From a virus (Duplodnaviria; Caudoviricetes), in the IMG/VR virus record IMGVR_UViG_3300024232_000035, positions 1 through 38,939 of that record: a stretch of 38,939 nt of DNA; one strand, written 5' to 3'. Under the pieces are notes generated by a model. It worked only from the letters and a program-made list of their open reading frames with translations, searched no databases and was not told the DNA's origin. A program made the position numbers and the translations under genes. Of the stretch, positions 7,871 through 15,474 are shown piece by piece. Within the stretch, counting starts at the first letter, position 1, and every line of letters begins with the position of its first letter.

Positions 7871-8229
7871 AACTTGCGGATTTCGCCCGGTTTAAGAAGT
7901 TCATGGAACTTACCATGTCTGATAACGAAGGCGAGGCGTTGTCCGCTCTGCGCATGGCTAACAAACTCATCAAGTCTGAGGGACTGACCTGGACCCGAGT
8001 CTTGGACAGGTCTATCCAAATCATCCCGCAATTCGAAGATAAGAACGAGTCGGAGCATGGCGTAACGGAAGATGAATTGGAAGCTATGTTCGAGGCTGTG
8101 CTCGATGAATCTAATGGGTCGTTCCGCGAAGTCGTCCAGAGCATCTATTCACAGTGGAAAGAAAAAGGCTTTATTACGCCACGACAGCGTGAGGTGATAG
8201 TCGCGGCATTTAGGAGACTCCGCCGATGA
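7867..8229 (+). CDS. DUF2786-like N-terminal domain protein
   Basis: KKFMELTMSDNEGEALSALRMANKLIKSEGLT resembles the N-terminus of the 13015 gene; translationally coupled on both sides. Confidence 0.6.
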   Translation: MKLADFARFKKFMELTMSDNEGEALSALRMANKLIKSEGLTWTRVLDRSIQIIPQFEDKNESEHGVTEDELEAMFEAVLDESNGSFREVVQSIYSQWKEKGFITPRQREVIVAAFRRLRR

Positions 8230-8627
8230 CGGAGACAAATGAAGTCTGGCGGACCATGCGCAGGATGGTAGCCCCTTATGGACGATTCAAGCGCATCGAG
8301 AACCGCTGCGAGATAGGGACGCCGGACGTCAACTATACATTACTTCATCCATTCGGACTCCAGGGATGGGTTGAACTCAAGCTATTCCCAAAGAACGGGA
8401 ATCCGCCACCTCATCTGACTCTGGATCAAATTATATGGGGTGAGAATGAAGTGCGTGCTGGAGGACGCTGGCACCTCTTCGGAAGATGCGATAAGCATTG
8501 GAGACTTTACGACACCGCTGGCGCCCGACGTTTGTTTGAACGCAAGGCGCCCGATCCAATCTTTAACATCTCTGGTCGATTTCCCCTAACCGAACTTCTA
8601 CAAGTATTAGGAGATAGAAGACAATGA
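8226..8627 (+). CDS. PD-(D/E)xK nuclease, putative Holliday-junction resolvase / VRR-NUC-like
   Basis: RIEN...GTPD...GWVELK...Q pattern. Confidence 0.75.
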   Translation: MTETNEVWRTMRRMVAPYGRFKRIENRCEIGTPDVNYTLLHPFGLQGWVELKLFPKNGNPPPHLTLDQIIWGENEVRAGGRWHLFGRCDKHWRLYDTAGARRLFERKAPDPIFNISGRFPLTELLQVLGDRRQ

Positions 8628-9037
8628 AACTAGATCTCACGGACCTCACCCCTGGAGAGGAATTATGGTTGTGGCGTCGGCGCCAGGTTTCACCTTGGGG
8701 TCGGACGCGGTCTCGCATCGGTTCAGGAATGAGTCAAGAAGAGGCGGCCGCACGCTTCGGAATGACATTACAGCGCTATCATGACGCAGAGGCAGACAGG
8801 CTTGCTGAAAGAGATATCCGAACCATACTTGCTGAGATAGGCGTACAGCGAGAAATGACATTGGCTGAGCGCACCGCTCTTGCCAGACGGCGTTCTCGTT
8901 GGCCATTGAAGCGAACCGTGGACGACTTGGGCATGAGCCGCGTTACCTATCTGGAACGCGAGAAGGCTGGCCATGAGTCGATTGTTCAGTTTTGGGAAGG
9001 AAGGGGCTTCGACTATGGACCTAATGATCGACCTTGA
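8624..9037 (+). CDS. Tandem XRE-type helix-turn-helix transcriptional regulator
   Basis: Two repeats: TPGEELWLWRRR..GMSQEEAAARFGMTLQRYHDAE and TLAERTALARRRS..LKRTVDDLGMSRVTYLERE. Confidence 0.75.
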   Translation: MKLDLTDLTPGEELWLWRRRQVSPWGRTRSRIGSGMSQEEAAARFGMTLQRYHDAEADRLAERDIRTILAEIGVQREMTLAERTALARRRSRWPLKRTVDDLGMSRVTYLEREKAGHESIVQFWEGRGFDYGPNDRP

Positions 9038-9560
9038 AACACTCGGCACAAAACCAAATGCAGCAATCATCCAGATCGGTGCGGTCTGGTTTGATTTAGA
9101 TAGAGAGGGCGTGGAGTATGGTGATTTTGAGCAAACCATTGCACTTCAATCTTGTATTTTCTCTGGACTAACAATCGATTCTAGAACTGTCGAGTGGTGG
9201 ATGCAGCAAAGCAATGATGCGAAAAGAAGCGTATCGCGCGACGCTGATAATCTTTTTGGCGCTATTGACGAATTTCTCTTTCGTTACCGTATGCAACACA
9301 ATTCTGTAGAACGCGTCTGGAGCAATGGCTCCAATTTTGATATCCCTATTCTTGAGAATGCGATACGCGTCGCAACAGGCAAAGGGCCACCCTGGGCATA
9401 CAACAGTGTCCGGGACGTTCGGACAATCTATTGGCTGGCTGGCAGAGCTGGCTGGGCAAAACCAAAGCGAGAGACGGCGCATACCGCCCTGGCCGATGCT
9501 CGCGCCCAAGTGTCAGATCTAGTGTCGGCAATCCGACACTTGCAATCGAATAAGGCTTAA
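9015..9560 (+). CDS. DEDDh 3'-5' exonuclease (phage RNase T-like family)
   Basis: LMIDLETLG, WSNGSNFDIPIL, RDVRT and HTALADA motifs. Start reassigned to ATG 9015. Confidence 0.88.
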   Translation: MDLMIDLETLGTKPNAAIIQIGAVWFDLDREGVEYGDFEQTIALQSCIFSGLTIDSRTVEWWMQQSNDAKRSVSRDADNLFGAIDEFLFRYRMQHNSVERVWSNGSNFDIPILENAIRVATGKGPPWAYNSVRDVRTIYWLAGRAGWAKPKRETAHTALADARAQVSDLVSAIRHLQSNKA

Positions 9561-9561
9561 C

Positions 9562-10134
9562 ATGGAATACTCAACATATAATTCCATTGGCCTAGCTATC
9601 CTGACCGTAGTGTTGGGCTTGTTGGTCACTGCTTTTTGGAAAGCCAGAGATATTCGAAAGAATAAAGCAGACGCTTTGCAGGGGACCGCTATAGAAACGA
9701 ATGAGAGAATTCGTGATTTAGAGAAGCAGTTAGCGTCTTTGACTGGAATTGTTGAACCACTTCATAAAAATAATGAAGAATTACAGAGACAGGTGACGAT
9801 GCTTACCGCGTCTTTGACACCGATTTCGGCGGCGTTTCAAGCGGTTCTTATCAAACAATTGACGCACTTCCACACACCCGAAATGGATGCGTTGTTGGAG
9901 AAGCTGGAGCCGACTAATCAGTTGGAGCCGGATGAGTCTGCGAGACTTGCCAAGCTTTTGCAGCTGAGAGCAACGGAACTCAACGGACGTATTGATGAGT
10001 CAGAGAGGGAAGCTGCGTTAATGTTGCCAATGGTTATGAATCGAGTGAAGCAGGGAATTAAGGTTTCTGAGTCTGAGGTCATGGTGGTTCTGGTGCCTCG
10101 CGATGGCCTTTCACCTAAGCCCACCTGCCCCTGA
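9562..10134 (+). CDS. Membrane-anchored coiled-coil protein
   Basis: N-terminal TM segment (SIGLAILTVVLGLLVTAFW) followed by heptad-like segments; visibly more AT-rich than the following region. Confidence 0.65.
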   Translation: MEYSTYNSIGLAILTVVLGLLVTAFWKARDIRKNKADALQGTAIETNERIRDLEKQLASLTGIVEPLHKNNEELQRQVTMLTASLTPISAAFQAVLIKQLTHFHTPEMDALLEKLEPTNQLEPDESARLAKLLQLRATELNGRIDESEREAALMLPMVMNRVKQGIKVSESEVMVVLVPRDGLSPKPTCP

Positions 10135-10235
10135 TCCTTTAGTGGTACTTGACCTCGAGCGCCGCCTGTGCTTACGCGCGGGCGCGCGCTGACCTATACG
10201 GTCTGCCTGATGCATCAAATCCCGTGAGATTTTAG

Positions 10236-10264
10236 TTGCCTTTTCCGGCGGTGACGCGCAATAT
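10236..10264 (+). promoter_or_regulatory. Early promoter P1 (sigma70-type)
   Basis: ATTTTAG then TTGCCT (10236-10241), 17 nt, CAATAT (10259-10264). Confidence 0.7.
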
Positions 10265-10315
10265 CGCATCAGGTTTGCTGATGTGGTAAACCGCTGTTGT
10301 AACGGGAGTTTGGTT

Positions 10316-10924
10316 ATGGCCAGCATCATTAACCACGTTAACGCGTCCATCCAGCATATCGAGGCTCCTATGCCCAAGTTGGCCCAGGCGGTGCAGGCGC
10401 TCGTAGACGCGCACGAGATGGTTATCGCGCGCGAGGGTAAAACCTACATCGTCACATGCGACAAGGTTCCTGGCTACAGGCGCGGCACCACGGACCCGGC
10501 GCGGCTGCCCGTGGAGATTGGGCATATGGTAAAGCATATTGAGCGCAAGTCCAACGTCGTGGTATTCCCCGCCGCTACGGCCGCACCAGCCACTGCCGCG
10601 GAGCCCGCTGCCAAGGCGCCGCGCAAGGCGCGTAAGGCCAAGCAGGCGGAGACCGCCGCTGCTGCGCCTGTCGTGGCCCAGGTGGAGGGTAAGCCAAAGG
10701 CCGGCGTTATCGGTGCGCTGCTCACCCTCCTGGGCGACGGCGAGCGCCGCACGCGGGACCAGCTATACGCTGCGCTGGCGGCCCAGTTTCCCGACCGCGC
10801 CAGCGAGACCGGGGGCATGCGCGTCACCATCGGTGTCCAGCTTAAGGCGCTGGTGGCCAAGGGCCACAACATCGTAAGCGACGGCCCGCGCGGGGCGGCG
10901 GTGTACTACATCCCGCAAGCGTAA
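10316..10924 (+). CDS. Putative DNA-binding protein with an Ala/Lys-rich linker and a C-terminal winged-helix-like domain
   Basis: PAAKAPRKARKAK linker; C-terminal LLTLLGDGERRTRDQLYAAL..TIGVQLKALVAKG..YYI. Start 10316 chosen because TTGTAACGGGAG-N7-ATG matches the leader of the 13015 gene; ATG 10370 is an alternative. Confidence 0.65.
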   Translation: MASIINHVNASIQHIEAPMPKLAQAVQALVDAHEMVIAREGKTYIVTCDKVPGYRRGTTDPARLPVEIGHMVKHIERKSNVVVFPAATAAPATAAEPAAKAPRKARKAKQAETAAAAPVVAQVEGKPKAGVIGALLTLLGDGERRTRDQLYAALAAQFPDRASETGGMRVTIGVQLKALVAKGHNIVSDGPRGAAVYYIPQA

Positions 10925-10932
10925 AACCTGGG

Positions 10933-10987
10933 GCGGCGGGCTACCCCATCCGGGGTAGTCCGTCGGCGCTGCATATTTTAGTTGCCT
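10933..10987 (+). repeat. Direct repeat copy 1: GC hairpin plus -35 element
   Basis: 37 nt (GCGGCGGGCTACCCCATCCGGGGTAGTCCGTCGGCGC) identical to 11266-11302; 55 nt in total with 4 mismatches. Confidence 0.95.
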
Positions 10988-11010
10988 AAATAGCACGGTG
11001 CTCTTAAGCT
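10982..11010 (+). promoter_or_regulatory. Early promoter P2
   Basis: TTGCCT (10982-10987), 17 nt, TAAGCT (11005-11010). Confidence 0.7.
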
Positions 11011-11062
11011 ATAGGTAGCTAGTGCAGCCGCACTAGCTTGCATAGCGCAAGGACAGCGCCAA

Positions 11063-11251
11063 ATGCCAAACGACACAAATAGCTTGGACTATATACCAGC
11101 TGAGGTGTTTAAGGGGTTTATTAGCGAGCTGGCATATAACTTACAAGACGGCGACGATACCGCCTACACGGTGCGCCAGTTGGTGACGCACTTGCGGGAG
11201 TACCACGCCAACGCGCCGCACATCACAACCATGCTGTGCTTTAACAAGTAG
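11063..11251 (+). CDS. Hypothetical protein (62 aa)
   Basis: AAGGA SD; the only ORF between P2 and the second repeat copy. Confidence 0.6.
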   Translation: MPNDTNSLDYIPAEVFKGFISELAYNLQDGDDTAYTVRQLVTHLREYHANAPHITTMLCFNK

Positions 11252-11265
11252 CACCCGCGCAGAGC

Positions 11266-11320
11266 GCGGCGGGCTACCCCATCCGGGGTAGTCCGTCGGC
11301 GCCTGATATTTTAGTTGCTT
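11266..11320 (+). repeat. Direct repeat copy 2: GC hairpin plus -35 element
   Basis: Matches 10933-10987. Confidence 0.95.
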
Positions 11321-11364
11321 AACCTGGCTGGCAGGCGCATAGTGTCGATGTTGGTTGGTTTTGT
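11315..11364 (+). promoter_or_regulatory. Early promoter P3 with conserved downstream 18-mer
   Basis: TTGCTT (11315-11320), 17 nt, CATAGT (11338-11343), 3 nt, GATGTTGGTTGGTTTTGT (11347-11364). Confidence 0.8.
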
Positions 11365-11378
11365 TTGGAGGTTAGGTC

Positions 11379-11579
11379 ATGGGTTCGTTCGCTTACCGTC
11401 ACTTCGGCCGCAGGGCGGTCACAATGCTCGCGCGCAAGGGCGTCCGCGTGGTCGGGCTCCAGGCGCTCCCGGACGAGCACGGCTCGTTCCTCAACTCCAC
11501 CACGGGCTACGTCGTGGACGACAACGGCACCAGCCGCGTCCTAACCTGGGCGCAAGTCCTACAGAGGGCTGCATCATGA
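11379..11579 (+). CDS. Hypothetical protein (66 aa)
   Basis: GGAGG SD; first ORF after P3. Confidence 0.7.
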   Translation: MGSFAYRHFGRRAVTMLARKGVRVVGLQALPDEHGSFLNSTTGYVVDDNGTSRVLTWAQVLQRAAS

Positions 11580-11680
11580 CCGGCTTGCATCTTCTCCTAG
11601 CGCTCGCGACTTGGGTCGTCATTGTTCTCATCGTGTGCGCTGGCTACACGGTTTACAACATCCTCGTCCACCTCCTCTAG
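11576..11680 (+). CDS. Small hydrophobic membrane peptide (34 aa)
   Basis: MTGLHLLLALATWVVIVLIVCAGYTVYNILVHLL; ATGA overlap with the upstream stop. Confidence 0.55.
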   Translation: MTGLHLLLALATWVVIVLIVCAGYTVYNILVHLL

Positions 11681-11697
11681 CAACGGGAATCGCAGCT

Positions 11698-11928
11698 ATG
11701 ACACAGTTGTTTCCAGAGCTGTCCGGCAAGGGCCGCCACTATGCAACGTATCGACGGGCCGTTCAGGCGGCCCTGGCGGTAGAGTCACCCATCCGGTTCA
11801 TCATCGCAGCGGCACCCTTGCCCACCGGCGACACCATGCGGTTCTTCCCCGTGTTCCTGCCGACCGAGGAGCAGGTTCAGGCGGCCATATGGCTGACGCA
11901 CGACGGTTATCACATAGCTCGCATGTAG
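11698..11928 (+). CDS. Hypothetical protein (76 aa)
   Basis: Start reassigned to ATG 11698 after GGGA; no overlap with neighbours. Confidence 0.6.
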   Translation: MTQLFPELSGKGRHYATYRRAVQAALAVESPIRFIIAAAPLPTGDTMRFFPVFLPTEEQVQAAIWLTHDGYHIARM

Positions 11929-11939
11929 GGAGGACAACC

Positions 11940-12128
11940 ATGCTCATCGTTGACAGCAAAGACGGTCTGTTCCGCGCCAAGGTCCACGAGACCGCGGACG
12001 GCGCCCGTGCGGACATCTACGCCAGGCGCTATCGGGTAGGCCGTCCGGTATTCGTGCTCGAGTATGCGCTGCCGTTCCATGCGGCGCTGGACGCTGTGCA
12101 ACAGCATATCGATAGGATAGCGAAATGA
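11940..12128 (+). CDS. Hypothetical protein (62 aa)
   Basis: GGAGG SD before ATG 11940 (MLIVDSKDG). Confidence 0.65.
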   Translation: MLIVDSKDGLFRAKVHETADGARADIYARRYRVGRPVFVLEYALPFHAALDAVQQHIDRIAK

Positions 12129-12301
12129 AGCGGCTTACACTAAGCGACAAGAAGACGTTGCGGGAGGCGTTGCGTCTAATGTCTGCAATAAACGCGGACA
12201 TTGCCATGGAGACTGAGAACATTCCTGGTGAGGCAATTGCTTATTCCAACGCTAAACTGGCGGTCCGCAAGGCCGAGGCGTTGTTGGAAAAACTGGGATA
12301 A
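12125..12301 (+). CDS. Hypothetical helical protein (58 aa; not in ORF track)
   Basis: Translated by hand: MKRLTLSDKKTLREALRLMSAINADIAMETENIPGEAIAYSNAKLAVRKAEALLEKLG. ATGA overlap; fills the gap. Confidence 0.6.
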   Translation: MKRLTLSDKKTLREALRLMSAINADIAMETENIPGEAIAYSNAKLAVRKAEALLEKLG

Positions 12302-12314
12302 AGGAGCAAGCGAC

Positions 12315-12548
12315 ATGAACAAAGCAAACCGTGCCGAGTTAGACAAGGCGATTACGCTTATCAACGAAGCGCAATCTATTGTCAGTCAGTTGGCTGAAGA
12401 AGAGCAGGAGAAATTCGACAACCTCTCCGAAGGATTGCAACAGGCTGAGCGTGGCCAGAATATGGAGCAGGCCGCCTGTGAAATGGACGACGCTGCCAGC
12501 GAGTTGGAGAGCATTGCCGAAACGCTCCAGAATCTTGTCGATATGTAG
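12315..12548 (+). CDS. Acidic coiled-coil phage protein (77 aa)
   Basis: AAGGAG SD; MNK..EEEQEKFDNLSEGLQQAERGQNME pattern typical of a widespread small phage family. Confidence 0.75.
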   Translation: MNKANRAELDKAITLINEAQSIVSQLAEEEQEKFDNLSEGLQQAERGQNMEQAACEMDDAASELESIAETLQNLVDM

Positions 12549-12558
12549 GGAGGGTGAC

Positions 12559-12918
12559 ATGGCCGGGCTGAATGTAGACGAAATTGTGGAGATGGTTCGT
12601 CGAACGCACAACATGGCCGCAGTCGGTAAGTACCTCGGAATCGACCGTTCGCTTATCCGTTATTATGTAATAAAGCATGAGAAAGAAACGGGCGCGCGGC
12701 TGCCACGGTTAGGGCATGGTGGGAATAAGAAAAAGGTCGACCATGCAGCGGTCATCAAAATGGTGCGACAAGAGGGAAATATGAGTGAGGTTGCCCGGAT
12801 ACTTGGCGTCAGCCCAAATGCAATCTACGCGCATGTTAAGAGACATGAAGCAAAGTCGGGCAAGCGGCTGCGCCGAAACCGGCGCCGCACCCCGAGCCCG
12901 CCGATAGACGGCATTTGA
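12559..12918 (+). CDS. Tandem helix-turn-helix DNA-binding protein
   Basis: GGGAGG SD; two repeats: EMVRRTHNMAAVGKYLGIDRSLIRYYVIKHEKETG and KMVRQEGNMSEVARILGVSPNAIYAHVKRHEAKSG. Confidence 0.78.
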   Translation: MAGLNVDEIVEMVRRTHNMAAVGKYLGIDRSLIRYYVIKHEKETGARLPRLGHGGNKKKVDHAAVIKMVRQEGNMSEVARILGVSPNAIYAHVKRHEAKSGKRLRRNRRRTPSPPIDGI

Positions 12919-12949
12919 TGCGATCGTGCGCTGCCGCCGCATATTTTAG

Positions 12950-12999
12950 TTGCCTTATGCGGCGGTGGGGCGCATAGTATCGATGTTGGTTGGTTTTGT
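12950..12999 (+). promoter_or_regulatory. Early promoter P4 with conserved downstream 18-mer
   Basis: TTGCCT (12950-12955), 17 nt, CATAGT (12973-12978), 3 nt, GATGTTGGTTGGTTTTGT (12982-12999). Confidence 0.8.
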
Positions 13000-13014
13000 A
13001 ACGGGAGCTTAGAT

Positions 13015-14019
13015 ATGGAACAGGTTAACGGTTCGGTCCTCGGGCGCATCCAAAAGCTTATTGCTATGCGCGACCACGCAAACACCACGGAAGCGGAGGC
13101 CTCCCTGGCCGCCGAGCACGTCCAGCGCATGTTGCAGGACAACGGGCTCACGATGGCCCAGGTCGAGGCCGCGGGCGGTAACACGGCCGACGTAGGCGGG
13201 ACGCGTTCGAAGGTCCAGTCCACGCGGCGGGCGATGTACGAGTACCAGCGCCACCTTATGGCGAACCTGGCCGACAACAACTTCTGCCTCCACGTCATCA
13301 CGCAAATCGTGAACGAGAAGCCGCTCTACAGCGGCGGGCGCGGCAAGACGTCGCGGGTTCACGTCCTTATCGGCCGCGCCATTAACGTCCAAGCGACCGA
13401 GTTGATGTACGACTACCTCGACACCACGATGCGCCGGCTGGCCACGGAAGCTGGAATCAGCTATCGCGAAACCCGCCAGTTCAACTACTTCCTCGAAGGT
13501 GCGTCGACCCGTGTATGCGAGCGCCTGGCCGATAAGCGACGGGAGCGGGAGCGGGAGGAAAAGGCGCGCAAGGCCGAGCAACAGGCGCAGGGTAACGGGT
13601 CCGGCACCGAGCTGATGGTCATGGACGTGTACGGTAGCGAGCGAGACCTGAACAACGACGTTCTCAACGGATTCCCGCCCGGCACGACTGCTACACGTCG
13701 GCGCGAGAATGAAGCACAGAACGCGGCGCGCAAGGCGAAGGAAGAGGCGCTAGTCGCGCAAGGCATGGATCCCACCGTCGCGTTCTATATGTCGTATGGC
13801 TACGGTGAGGAACAGGCGGTGTCCGCCGCTGCGACCTGGCGCAATCAGTCGCGGCGCGCGCAACGGGGGCGCGGTGGCCGGTCGCATGGCTGGACGAACG
13901 ACGACCGCAAGGCGTACGAGAAGCATAACTCGGACGCGTACCAGGCGGGCCGCGCGGCGGGCAACAGCATCGGCCTCGACACGCAAGTCGGGAAAGACAA
14001 GCGGAAGCTGATCGGCTAA
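13015..14019 (+). CDS. DUF2786-domain protein
   Basis: RIQKLIAMRDHANTTEAEASLAAEHVQRMLQDNGL at the N-terminus and AYQAGRAAGNSIGL at the C-terminus; strong GC3 bias; GGGAG SD. Confidence 0.8.
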   Translation: MEQVNGSVLGRIQKLIAMRDHANTTEAEASLAAEHVQRMLQDNGLTMAQVEAAGGNTADVGGTRSKVQSTRRAMYEYQRHLMANLADNNFCLHVITQIVNEKPLYSGGRGKTSRVHVLIGRAINVQATELMYDYLDTTMRRLATEAGISYRETRQFNYFLEGASTRVCERLADKRREREREEKARKAEQQAQGNGSGTELMVMDVYGSERDLNNDVLNGFPPGTTATRRRENEAQNAARKAKEEALVAQGMDPTVAFYMSYGYGEEQAVSAAATWRNQSRRAQRGRGGRSHGWTNDDRKAYEKHNSDAYQAGRAAGNSIGLDTQVGKDKRKLIG

Positions 14020-14031
14020 CGTACCTCAACA

Positions 14032-14056
14032 CGGGCCGCGCATGGGGCGCGGCCCG
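14032..14056 (+). other. GC-rich intergenic hairpin (processing, stability or weak terminator)
   Basis: Perfect 10-bp stem CGGGCCGCGC / GCGCGGCCCG with a 5-nt loop and no U-tract. Confidence 0.6.
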
Positions 14057-14079
14057 ACCTAGCAACAGGAAACCTAGCT

Positions 14080-14499
14080 ATGCATCCCATCCCTCCCGGC
14101 CTTTGGTGCGTACCGTCAGCGCTGGTAGCTATCACGGGCGACGACTGGCAGTCGGTTATCCAGCCAGCGCTCAACCGTCACGGTGGCGCAAGCACGCTCA
14201 CCGGCATGGTCGTAGAGTCCACCATGCGCGCCGCTATCGCGACGTTGCAGGAGCGCGGCTATAAGGTCATGCGCTGCAAGACCCTCGGCCCAGGGCGCCG
14301 GCGCTTGGACAAGGTGGCCGCCTGGGCCGCTGCGAAGTTCCCCGGCGAGTCGTTCCTCATTGGCGCGGTCGAACATGCAATGGCTATGTGCGACGGTCGC
14401 ATATATGATTCGTGGACGCCGCATGGTGCGCCGGCCGCGGAACACGCATGGAGCACCGCCTCGGTTCTCGAGCTGTACCTCGTACGGAAGGGAGGGTAA
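14080..14499 (+). CDS. Putative papain-like (peptidase C39-like) Cys-His-Asp protein
   Basis: WCVPSAL near the N-terminus, then EHAMAM and IYDSW; AGGA SD. Confidence 0.55.
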   Translation: MHPIPPGLWCVPSALVAITGDDWQSVIQPALNRHGGASTLTGMVVESTMRAAIATLQERGYKVMRCKTLGPGRRRLDKVAAWAAAKFPGESFLIGAVEHAMAMCDGRIYDSWTPHGAPAAEHAWSTASVLELYLVRKGG

Positions 14500-14500
14500 C

Positions 14501-14698
14501 ATGACCGCAAAGGATTATCGCATCATTGCGGCAGCGCTTAAAGCAGCGCGGCCGGAACGGTTCCGCGACCATGGATGGGACGCTTGTGTCGTCTGCATGG
14601 TTAGAGCATTGTCGGCGGACAATGTGAAGTTCAACAAGGACCGCTTCATCGAAGCTTGTGGCGGCTACTGGTCGGAAGGATCGTATCATGCCTCGTAA
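14501..14698 (+). CDS. Small conserved-type phage protein (65 aa)
   Basis: GGAGG SD; MTxKDY..IA...DNxxFxxDRFxxAC pattern common in phage early genes. Confidence 0.72.
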   Translation: MTAKDYRIIAAALKAARPERFRDHGWDACVVCMVRALSADNVKFNKDRFIEACGGYWSEGSYHAS

Positions 14699-14837
14699 CA
14701 CGCTGCGGAATCCTCGCGTTTACTTCCGCATCCCCGGGCTAGGATTCCCGCTCGGGTTCTCCACCGGCGTTAATCCAGGGTTATGGTTGCTAATCATCCT
14801 GGTCGGCCTATTGTTTAAGTTCGTAATGATGGGGTAA
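14688..14837 (+). CDS. Small membrane protein (49 aa; not in ORF track)
   Basis: Translated by hand: MPRNTLRNPRVYFRIPGLGFPLGFSTGVNPGLWLLIILVGLLFKFVMMG. AAGGA SD; fills the gap. Confidence 0.55.
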   Translation: MPRNTLRNPRVYFRIPGLGFPLGFSTGVNPGLWLLIILVGLLFKFVMMG

Positions 14838-14840
14838 ACC

Positions 14841-15125
14841 ATGACCAACGACGAAAGCTATATCAAGAATTGCCCGAGTTGTACCAGCTTCGTCGGGCCG
14901 GACGCGACCCGTCTTATGCAAGCGATGGTTCTCCAGAGCGCCATCGGTCTTTTGCAGAAAGGGATTCAACCGACGCGGGGTTATACCATGAAGCGCGCCA
15001 TGGATATGGCTGGGTCTGTTACAGGTAAGACGTACAAGCGCGCCCAGGCGGAGCAGGCTAAGGTCGACCTCAAGATCTGGTGCGACGAAATGGCGGCGGC
15101 CCTACCAGTGATAGTGGAGGGTTGA
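14841..15125 (+). CDS. Hypothetical protein (94 aa)
   Basis: Tightly packed in the operon. Confidence 0.7.
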   Translation: MTNDESYIKNCPSCTSFVGPDATRLMQAMVLQSAIGLLQKGIQPTRGYTMKRAMDMAGSVTGKTYKRAQAEQAKVDLKIWCDEMAAALPVIVEG

Positions 15126-15129
15126 GCCA

Positions 15130-15474
15130 ATGGGCAAGCGTCTGGAGCATTCTTATATCATTGAACAGGCGTATGCTATGCCGAAATTCAATGTCAAGCT
15201 TCTTGCAAAGCAGCTTGGCGTGTCAAGAGACACAATTAGCAACCACATCACTCGCCACAGGGAAGGAACCGACAGCATTCCGAGAAGAACCGTTGGCGGC
15301 TATTATCAGGTTGTTATTACGACAACCGATCCGATAATGGCGCGCGAGTATTTCGAAAAGACTGCCGACCGCGTGGACAGCCTGGGCGATCGAGACACGG
15401 TTAAAGTCTTGTTGCTTCAATGTAAGTCATCAAGAACAAAAACCCTACTTGATACTTGGCCACCGGAAAAGTAG
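15130..15474 (+). CDS. HTH-containing protein
   Basis: NVKLLAKQLGVSRDTISNHI; GGAGG SD. Confidence 0.7.
   Translation: MGKRLEHSYIIEQAYAMPKFNVKLLAKQLGVSRDTISNHITRHREGTDSIPRRTVGGYYQVVITTTDPIMAREYFEKTADRVDSLGDRDTVKVLLLQCKSSRTKTLLDTWPPEK

Noticed and set aside
10933-11320. CRISPR array or attachment sites
   Set aside because: Only two copies 333 nt apart enclosing an ORF; no cas gene or integrase in the window.
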